The notes below the pieces were generated by a model. That model did not search any database and had not been told where the DNA came from. It worked only from the letters and a program-made list of their open reading frames with translations. A stretch of DNA of 64,000 nucleotides from the NCBI GenBank assembly GCA_002319885.1, contig DCFT01000028.1, positions 88,834-152,833 on the forward strand, written 5' to 3'. A program made the position numbers and the translations under genes. Position 1 is the stretch's first letter, and every line of letters starts with the position of its first letter. Below are positions 20,401 through 26,546 of this stretch, piece by piece. Source of the DNA: Bacteroidales bacterium UBA1797 (GTDB lineage Bacteria > Bacteroidota > Bacteroidia > Bacteroidales > VadinHA17).

Positions 20401-21968
20401 GCTCCCAATGTTCCTGTCTTTTTGAAAGGTCTCTCAGGGGTGCCATTAACAAAAGTTTCAATTGAATCGAGTACATCGGAACTTACGCCTGCAAGATAAT
20501 ACCATGTATTTGTAGTAAGAACTGTTCCTCCGCCAACATCCCTGTTTAATGATGCAGTGTTGGAAGAATTTCTTATCTCAAATTCCACTTTATTATTAGT
20601 ATAAACTCCGAATTTATAACCGCCGGTTGAATTATTCTGGTTACTTGCAATCTTCTGATCACGATTCAGAGTACTGGGGTAGACCCATGCAGAAACCGTA
20701 ATGTTTCCGGCAAAATTAATAATGGGATCATTAATAACTTCAGCATATTGATTTGAGCCATTGAGTCCGAGAGAATTATTTATCTTACCTGGGAGATAAG
20801 TTGGAGCGTTATAAGTAGTCCCTGAATGATTAGAAGCACTGAAATCTTTAAATCCGTTATCATCAAGATGCCAGACACCCTTATAATGACTGTCCCAGAC
20901 GGATGTAACTGAAGGGTCGCTGGTGATCTGCGGGTTGCCATAAAGTATTTTAATTACAGTATTTGCCGTACATGAAAGGACCGGGATCCTGACCCAGGCA
21001 ATAAGATCGCCATTTGTTCCATTATAATATTCGATCTGATGATCAAGTTTGTTATAATTTCCATCAGTAAAAATAATATCGAAACCATTGGAATTCAGAA
21101 TCTGACCCGCCGGAGAATTCTTTAGGAAGGTCTGCCCTGTAAGATTAACTAATAAAGGAAAGCTGCTAAGATCTTTTCCCCCGGTAACTTTTGTATAATC
21201 GATAGTAATGTTTCGTTCATAAGTATAACCCATTGAGGCAGTGTTACAAGCTGTTACCACTACATAACCATTAGCACCAGAGCCTCCTGTCCGGTCAGTG
21301 GTACTATTAGTACAAGCACCACTGCCACCACCTCCATAGGTATTTCCACTATTCCCATTTGAGCCTCCACTAACACTTGCACCACCATTTCCCCCATTCT
21401 GGGAGGTACCGGATCCGTATGAACCTGCTGCAGCAGTAGGAGCATCACCGCCATTACCGGAACTTCCCGCACCGCCGCCGCCGCCACCAGAATATGTTCC
21501 ACCACCTGTACCTCCATTTCCCCCTTTATAAACAACATCACCCGTAGAATTTCCTAAAGTTCCTCCTGCAACACCTGCTGTACTATTACCGACAGTTCCT
21601 GAACCCCCGTCAGCTACAACATCTGATGTATTAAAAGAGGAAATACCACCTTTAGTATTTGCCGCACCTCCTGTGCCTACTACAACGGAGAAGTTAGTAC
21701 CAGGAGTAACCGTTAAGATACTTCGGGCATAAGCACCACCACCACCGCCACCACCTCTTCTGGCGGAAGAAGTTATTGTACTTCCACCTCCTCCGGCACC
21801 CCAGCATTCAACCATTATCGAGGTCACTCCTGCAGGAACATTATAAGTACCGTTTGATGTAAATGTCTGGGTCTGACCCATACTAATACGTGATAGAAAA
21901 AGAACAGCAAAGAAGATCATACTTCTTTTAGCTACAGATGCAAGCTTTTGTGAAAATGAAGCGATCAT
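17433..21968 (-). CDS. giant T9SS-secreted surface protein: glycine-rich N-terminal domain, DUF2341, LamG, Ig-like repeats, type A Por C-terminal sorting domain
   Basis: Residues ~35-240 are glycine-rich (FTSNGTYNVPAGVTSIMVECWGAGGGG...). Residues ~250-346 are DUF2341-like (ITIDYTKV...LLVNL...ILYGNP), followed by a LamG-like block and repeated Ig-like modules (YQWQENNVNISNG...YRCVVTSACG). The last ~79 aa (17436-17672) match a Por_Secre_tail pattern (GIYFVRYSTGSRMSSKKIFIQ). Confidence 0.75.
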   Translation of the reverse strand: MIASFSQKLASVAKRSMIFFAVLFLSRISMGQTQTFTSNGTYNVPAGVTSIMVECWGAGGGGSTITSSARRGGGGGGGAYARSILTVTPGTNFSVVVGTGGAANTKGGISSFNTSDVVADGGSGTVGNSTAGVAGGTLGNSTGDVVYKGGNGGTGGGTYSGGGGGGAGSSGNGGDAPTAAAGSYGSGTSQNGGNGGASVSGGSNGNSGNTYGGGGSGACTNSTTDRTGGSGANGYVVVTACNTASMGYTYERNITIDYTKVTGGKDLSSFPLLVNLTGQTFLKNSPAGQILNSNGFDIIFTDGNYNKLDHQIEYYNGTNGDLIAWVRIPVLSCTANTVIKILYGNPQITSDPSVTSVWDSHYKGVWHLDDNGFKDFSASNHSGTTYNAPTYLPGKINNSLGLNGSNQYAEVINDPIINFAGNITVSAWVYPSTLNRDQKIASNQNNSTGGYKFGVYTNNKVEFEIRNSSNTASLNRDVGGGTVLTTNTWYYLAGVSSDVLDSIETFVNGTPERPFKKTGTLGAASNTLTISKEPFESNYYFSGRFDELRISDEVRSDGWMKTEYNNQSSPSTFYSLDAGETVSNYLPSSSVCAGSITLSFGYPAGGTYSGNSYISGNVFTPPSAGTYPIQYTYTGNCGSTSVTKNFVITDTPAAPVAPNKEYCSNQITYLEATTGQNIHWYSGGTLVSTANPYSTGQTSAGTYNYTVRQTVNGCESDPTSVTMTIYSGITFNNQPQPLTICAGGNASFSVDASGYNLTYQWQENNVNISNGGIYSGVLTPTLTLNNPGTAKNGKTYRCVVTSACGPSSTNSTSATLTVTALPVATFSYTGTPYCPNAANPSPTYSGGGIAGTFSSTAGLVFINTATGQVNISASTPGSYTVTNTIAASGGCSIVTATSPIVITSNLTWNGSVSTDWNATGNWLCNCVPRANTSVQIPTSTRYPVLSTGAIGSVNNLVINNGTSLTVSGNTLQISGTITNNGTLTATSGSISMIGSAAQTIGTNIFATNTIKDLIVNNSTGVTLQGPLNITGTVTLTSGDLTSGGNLTLISTAAQTALIAGTGSGNIIGNITMQRYLSSGFGYKYFSSPFQSATVNEFADDMTLGSFTFYKYDESRTSSGWVSYNSPTTNILNPLQGYAVNFGAASTPVTLDITGAPNNGSLSTVLYNHNNTYTKGFNLTGNPYPSPINWNAGAGWTKLNIDNALYYFRASTTDQYGGSYSTYINGVSSDGIVNNIIPSMQGFFIHVTNGSYPVTGTLGVNNSVRITDLTHAFAKSLNTATVPLLRLSSGFSDDPASEDPVVIYFDENATSDFDSQMDALKLLNTDLSVANLYIVNPDGTQLSIKALPPLSGTLEVPLGLKLNREGTIEFRIRDLDESLSGKRIYLSDNVTGINQDLLPDQKYKLNLGTGEYDNRFFLNFSDITTDIPEKAVTNDLFSIYSSHGKLKAEVNIVEGGKGIFMIHDLLGQVIFVEKIYEKGYHEFSPQIKEGIYFVRYSTGSRMSSKKIFIQNQ

Positions 21969-22126
21969 AGTTATTTTGTTAACACAATTTTTAAACCATT
22001 GATACCGCCTGGTAATAACCGGAGAATAAATCTTTCAGTTTATGGTCTTAATAGTCCCTATTGTCAGGTCTTGATATTATTCTATTGTCAATCAGGTTGA
22101 TGCAAAAAACAATTGTGTTTTGATTA

Positions 22127-23014
22127 TCAGTGAAGCGATAGTTCTGCTTCTGCATATCTTGCAGGTTTAACATCTGAAGATGCCGAATATATAACGCGTA
22201 AGGTTCCGGTTTTAAAATCGATACCCGGGAGATTATTAAGAGCAAACTGAAAACGCCTTATTAAGTTGGGTGTATAAACCGCTACTCCATTTGCTATGCC
22301 TACTCTTGTAATCTTTCCCTGAGTAGAAATATAATCTACGGCCAGATCCCCATAAACTGACATGTTTCCTGAACGGTTCATTACCATGCTTAATTGTGGA
22401 ATAGTGTCATTTACGGTTTGGAATGAGAGATCCGAAAGAGATACTTTCATTGTGGATTCCCCCACTCTGATTATTACGGGTATAGTAATGCCGAAAACAG
22501 GGATAAGCTTAACAGATATAGTAGTCGAATCCTTAACTTTATCTTCTTCGCCCAGAGGTTTTTGGTTTGGCACAGCTCTGAAATAGAAGTGAGAGCGATA
22601 TTCACCTTCCGAAAGCTCATTTGTTTTTATCAGTTGTATCTTAACCACCTGAGCTTCATTCGGTCCAAGTGTGACTGACCTGGGAAAAAACCTTACATAT
22701 TTGTCGGCAAAAAGCTGGCCAGGGTCAGGTTCAGTGATTGTCTCAAAACTACCATCATCTTTCATCCTGATCTGAACCAGCGAAATAGCATATGTTGCTG
22801 TATCAGATCCTGTATTTGCCAGGTTTAAATCCATTGATTTCTTTGACCCTTCAAAAACTACTCTTCTTGGTGTTATCAGTAGGTTTCCCTGTGCTTCAAG
22901 ATTTGAAGATACAAGAAAGAGAAAACCTAAAATTGTAGAAAGAGTAAGGATCAGTGACTTAAACTTGCAGGAATATCTGAAATTACGTAAGTAATAAAAT
23001 TTGTGTAATATCAT
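22127..23014 (-). CDS. PapD-like periplasmic pilus chaperone
   Basis: Mature part is ~250 aa. LLITPRRVVFEGSKKSMDLNLANTG parallels the chaperone N-terminal strand with its conserved Arg. VRFFPRSVTLGPNEAQVVKIQLIK parallels F.v.PP.f.l.p...q.lRi. Confidence 0.6.
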   Translation of the reverse strand: MILHKFYYLRNFRYSCKFKSLILTLSTILGFLFLVSSNLEAQGNLLITPRRVVFEGSKKSMDLNLANTGSDTATYAISLVQIRMKDDGSFETITEPDPGQLFADKYVRFFPRSVTLGPNEAQVVKIQLIKTNELSEGEYRSHFYFRAVPNQKPLGEEDKVKDSTTISVKLIPVFGITIPVIIRVGESTMKVSLSDLSFQTVNDTIPQLSMVMNRSGNMSVYGDLAVDYISTQGKITRVGIANGVAVYTPNLIRRFQFALNNLPGIDFKTGTLRVIYSASSDVKPARYAEAELSLH

Positions 23015-23039
23015 TGAATATGGTTTTTAATTTTGCCAA

Positions 23040-23573
23040 CTAGTTAAAGTCAAATGTTATAGTATATGATCCTATATACATTCCAATCGGATTATCGTAT
23101 AGTGTGCCTACCTTAAGTGTGGCACCAACGCGTACCACCTGGAAGCCTTCTTTAAGTCTGCCGGCTCCTATCCCCGGACCAGGAACAGATACAAAGTCGA
23201 CTACACTTAATGTTTTTGCTGTTGATGTATGTCTGAGAACAACCGGACCGGCTGGTAATGTAATTGTATATAATTCATCAGCATCTCCCGTGACATAAAA
23301 ACTAGCTGCATTTTGAGTGCCTGTACCTTTGTAGATGCTACCCTGAACTGAAAGGGTGCTTTCCGGGGTGAGAATAATCTCACCTCCCTGCAAGCCCGGA
23401 GAAAATTTCCCGAAGTTTAACTGTGATGTTTCACTTGCAGTAAAAATCGGAATGATTTCAGCCAGGATATGACCAGTAGCGCTGGCCGGAGGCGTCACTT
23501 GCGAATAAATGACACCTCCGGTTGCTACGAATAGATATAATAGGCAATAAAAAAATAACTTAAGCCTTCTCAT
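23040..23573 (-). CDS. DUF4402-type pilin-like subunit (177 aa)
   Basis: SPI-type signal (VIYSQ), QLNFGKF strand, FYVTGDADELYTITLP, and a C-terminal GATLKVG...GSYTITFDFN. Confidence 0.65.
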   Translation of the reverse strand: MRRLKLFFYCLLYLFVATGGVIYSQVTPPASATGHILAEIIPIFTASETSQLNFGKFSPGLQGGEIILTPESTLSVQGSIYKGTGTQNAASFYVTGDADELYTITLPAGPVVLRHTSTAKTLSVVDFVSVPGPGIGAGRLKEGFQVVRVGATLKVGTLYDNPIGMYIGSYTITFDFN

Positions 23574-23611
23574 TCTAGTTTTAATTTCTAAACTTTCTCT
23601 GATGTTAATTT

Positions 23612-24130
23612 CTAATTATAGTTAACTGTTACTGTAAAAGCAGTTCCTGTTGTATATGCACCGGCAGTTTGTGATGCAGCAACATTAAGTGTAGCACCAA
23701 CATATAGTGTCTGACTTCCTCCTGTCAGCAAGCCTCCGGCAGCCACTGTAGGTGTGCTTACGAAAGCATTAGCAGTCATAGGTGCTCCCGGGCCTGTAAG
23801 TGATGCAGAAGCAGGCAAAGAAATCGAATATGTATATCCGGTCTGGCCTGTAACAGTAAAACGCGCTGCAGAAACAGTTCCTGCGGTAGCTGGTAATGTA
23901 CAGCCGCCTGTAACTGTACGAACAGGTGCGGCAGCAGCAGGTAATGATACAGTGCCGAGCGTGTTATTTACAGCAATGTTGCCAAAATTCATATTGGCTC
24001 CATTTGCGATGGTAATCGGAGTTACGATAGTTGCTGAAGATGTAGCCGTTGCAGAAACCTGTCCAAATGTTTTAGCTGAAAGACCTGTTACAAGCATTGC
24101 AATTGCGAAAAATTTTATAAGTCGTTGCAT
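23612..24130 (-). CDS. DUF4402-type pilin-like subunit, major-type paralog 2 (172 aa)
   Basis: Signal peptide ends TFGQ. Motifs: SATIVTPITIANGANMNFGNI, RFTVTGQTGYTYSISLP, and a C-terminal GATLNVAASQTAGAYTTGTAFTVTVNYN. Confidence 0.7.
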   Translation of the reverse strand: MQRLIKFFAIAMLVTGLSAKTFGQVSATATSSATIVTPITIANGANMNFGNIAVNNTLGTVSLPAAAAPVRTVTGGCTLPATAGTVSAARFTVTGQTGYTYSISLPASASLTGPGAPMTANAFVSTPTVAAGGLLTGGSQTLYVGATLNVAASQTAGAYTTGTAFTVTVNYN

Positions 24131-24196
24131 TGTTATCTGGTAAAAAGTTAATGAGTTATACTTTTTTCAATTTTTTTCGTGTTAAAAATCAAGTGC

Positions 24197-24715
24197 CTAG
24201 TTATAGTTAACAGTTACTGTAAATGCAGTTGCTGTGGTATAAGCTCCGGCTGTCTGTGCAGCAGCGACATTAAGGGTTGCACCAACATAGAGTGTCTGAG
24301 TGCCACCGGTAAGAAGACCTCCGGCTGCTACTGTCGGTGTGCTTACAAAAGCATTCGCTGTCATAGGTGTGCCTGGTCCGGTAAGAGATGCACTGGCAGG
24401 AAGGGAGATGGAGTACGTAAAACCTGTCTGGCCTGTTACTGTGAAAGCGGCTGCTGAAACTGTACCGGCTGTGGCAGGTAATGTACAGCCACCGGTGGCG
24501 GATCTTACAGGCGCAAGAGTAGCCGGAAGAACCACTGTGCCTGGAGCAGTGCTTACAGCAATATTACCAAAATTCATGTCGCTTGCATTGGTAATAGTTA
24601 TCGGTGAGATAATAGTCGCCGAAGCTGTTGCGTTTGCTGAAACCTGTGCTAATGCCCCTGCTGAAATGCTGATCATCACAGTAGCGAGTGAGAGAAATTT
24701 TGAAATCTTTTTCAT
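24197..24715 (-). CDS. DUF4402-type pilin-like subunit, major-type paralog 1 (172 aa, first gene of the operon)
   Basis: Collinear with 23612-24130. The C-terminal ~100 aa are nearly identical at protein level. The protein ends TAFTVTVNYN. Confidence 0.7.
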   Translation of the reverse strand: MKKISKFLSLATVMISISAGALAQVSANATASATIISPITITNASDMNFGNIAVSTAPGTVVLPATLAPVRSATGGCTLPATAGTVSAAAFTVTGQTGFTYSISLPASASLTGPGTPMTANAFVSTPTVAAGGLLTGGTQTLYVGATLNVAAAQTAGAYTTATAFTVTVNYN

Positions 24716-24884
24716 TTTTAGTGAATTTAAGGGTTTGTAATGTTAATTTATGTGTTATTATTTAGTAAGTATTTCGTTCGGAATCTTCCCTTCCGCAGGG
24801 CAATGCTTAACCAGCCTGATTTTTTTTGTTTGATGCCAAATGTAAACTAATTGAGCAAAAAAAAACAGAGCTGATTTTTTAAAG

Positions 24885-24914
24885 TTGTTAATAATTATGT
24901 GAACTTATTAACAA
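24885..24914. promoter_or_regulatory. 10-bp perfect inverted repeat (candidate operator) in the divergent pilin/response-regulator intergenic region
   Basis: ttgttaataa (24885-24894), a 10-nt spacer, then ttattaacaa (24905-24914); the arms are exact reverse complements. Confidence 0.4.
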
Positions 24915-24954
24915 TTTAACGTGACCGGGGATTATTTGATTTTTATTCTAACTT

Positions 24955-24962
24955 TACATTTG
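24955..24962 (+). promoter_or_regulatory. candidate -7 box (TAcaTTTG) for the response regulator gene
   Basis: Exact TAnnTTTG match 21 nt upstream of the ATG at 24984. A TTTG at 24935-24938 is a possible -33 element. Confidence 0.4.
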
Positions 24963-24983
24963 AAATAAAAAATTTATTTTTTA

Positions 24984-25376
24984 ATGAATAAGCAGAAACT
25001 CATTTTTATTGTTGATGACGATCCATTTATTAACATGTTGGTTGTTAAGCGATTTGCTACTTCAGCATATCTCGTTGAAGCTTTCGAGTTGGGTGAAGAT
25101 TGCCTTAATGCTCTGTATAAGAATCCTGATCTGATAATCCTCGATTATTTTTTTGTTAATAATGATCGTAAGGTCTTAGATGGAATGGAGGTATTTGACA
25201 GACTTAAAGAGCTGAAACCGGATATTCCAGTCATTATGTTATCGGGGCAGGATAAGGGTGAGATTGTTCTCGAACTTGCAAGGAAAGGTATAAATGATTA
25301 TATTATTAAAGACAATAATCTAATTGATAATCTTTCTGTTGCGATAGCCGAAATATTCGGGGAAGATCAAAAATGA
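24984..25376 (+). CDS. stand-alone response regulator receiver domain (CheY-like, no output domain)
   Basis: IVDDDP acidic pocket, DLIILDYFF phospho-acceptor Asp, MLSGQ, and a conserved Lys in YIIKD. 130 aa. Confidence 0.85.
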   Translation: MNKQKLIFIVDDDPFINMLVVKRFATSAYLVEAFELGEDCLNALYKNPDLIILDYFFVNNDRKVLDGMEVFDRLKELKPDIPVIMLSGQDKGEIVLELARKGINDYIIKDNNLIDNLSVAIAEIFGEDQK

Positions 25377-25409
25377 CAGTGATGTGCTGTATCACATACC
25401 CAAATTGTC

Positions 25410-26336
25410 TTATTTAAATTTGAAATTATAAGTGATTTTGCCTTTCTGGATTTCGGGTGCATCCTGTTTGACTTCAAACCGCGCCTGAAGAGCGGCATCT
25501 TTTGCAACTTTTAAAAGATAATCATCAAGTGTGGTTGAACCTTTTGTACCAGGGACTGCTCGGACAACTTTGCCTGCCCTGTCTACATACACTTCAACTA
25601 CAACTGTTCCTTCAACCTGGTATTCATATTTTGGCAATGGAAGATCCCCCTTAGTATGACGACCCTCCAGTTCATATGAGGGTCCTTTAGCGCCGGTGCC
25701 GGTTCCGCTATTGCCAAGACCACTGCCGGAACCTCTCACTTTTGAATTGATAGAACCATTAGGATCTCCCTGATTACCGGGTCCCCCTGCAATACCTTCA
25801 CCTGTTGAGCTTGTTCCCGTATTTTGAGAATTGGCAAGGGCATTTTTTGTGCGGTTCATAATATCAGACTCGCGTTGTTGTTCTGCCGCAATTCTCTTTT
25901 TCTCGTCATCCTCCCTCTTTCTTATGATCCTTTCAGCTTCCAGCTGTTCCTTAATCTTTTTGTCAGCTTCAATCTTTTCGAGTCTTTTCTTCACAACTTC
26001 CGGATCGGCTTTTTTAACTGATGGTGCTTCCTCTGAATTTTGGGTGAGCAGTGGTTCTTCTCTGGTTTTTGCGACTGTTTTTGATGGGGAAGGAGGCGGA
26101 GATTTTACCTCTTTTACAGCAGGCGAAGAAGTTTTTTCTATAGAAGCAGGAGGAGAAGGTTCAATCAGTCCAATCCCGGTCTCTCCGTTTCCGAAATTAA
26201 CAAGAATTCCTTCCTCTTCAGTTTCCGGAAGTGGTGGTGAAGAAAAACCCACCAGGATAAGCATGCCAAACAACATTAAATGTACTAAAACAGTGCCTAT
26301 TACACCCTTGTTTCTTCCTGAAGAAGCATTTCTCAT
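25410..26336 (-). CDS. TonB family energy transducer
   Basis: N-terminal TM anchor, a charged/Pro-containing linker, and a C-terminal TonB fold pattern (GTVVVEVYVDRAGKVVRAVPG...ARFEV). The first ATG is at 26336; the track start at 26360 is TTG. Confidence 0.8.
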   Translation of the reverse strand: MRNASSGRNKGVIGTVLVHLMLFGMLILVGFSSPPLPETEEEGILVNFGNGETGIGLIEPSPPASIEKTSSPAVKEVKSPPPSPSKTVAKTREEPLLTQNSEEAPSVKKADPEVVKKRLEKIEADKKIKEQLEAERIIRKREDDEKKRIAAEQQRESDIMNRTKNALANSQNTGTSSTGEGIAGGPGNQGDPNGSINSKVRGSGSGLGNSGTGTGAKGPSYELEGRHTKGDLPLPKYEYQVEGTVVVEVYVDRAGKVVRAVPGTKGSTTLDDYLLKVAKDAALQARFEVKQDAPEIQKGKITYNFKFK

Positions 26337-26546
26337 CTCAATATTTATTCTGTTTTGCAATTATTATTTGTTTTTTCTTGAATCAGAAGTTGATAAAATT
26401 AAAAATTTACACAAGTTGCCAAAACATCTAATCTACGGCGAAGGTATAAATAAACGTGATGATATCCATTTCTATTATGTATGGTTAGTAACAATGATTA
26501 GAAAATTATCAACTAACAGACACATGAAGGAGGGTATTATTGCAGA

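Noticed and set aside
17114-21541. Same-strand out-of-frame ORFs (17114-17395, 19105-19299, 20027-20239, 21260-21541) inside the DUF4402 and giant genes
   Set aside because: They are nested in longer frames that carry clear domain signatures. The 21260-21541 frame is an artefact of the GGN-repeat region.
23754-24740. 129-aa and 146-aa plus-strand ORFs overlapping the two major pilin genes
   Set aside because: They are antisense shadows that stay open because the pilin genes are rich in GCN/ACN/GGN codons. The minus-strand frames have signal peptides, paralogy and family motifs; the plus-strand frames have none.
13251-25376. Pilus locus as a recently acquired genomic island
   Set aside because: There is no integrase, transposase, tRNA or flanking direct repeat. 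The locus is wedged between core genes (glyA, tonB/tamB). The visibly higher G+C of the pilin genes is explained by their Ala/Gly/Thr-rich composition. Signal peptides follow the same Q-after-core pattern as the housekeeping secreted proteins in this window.
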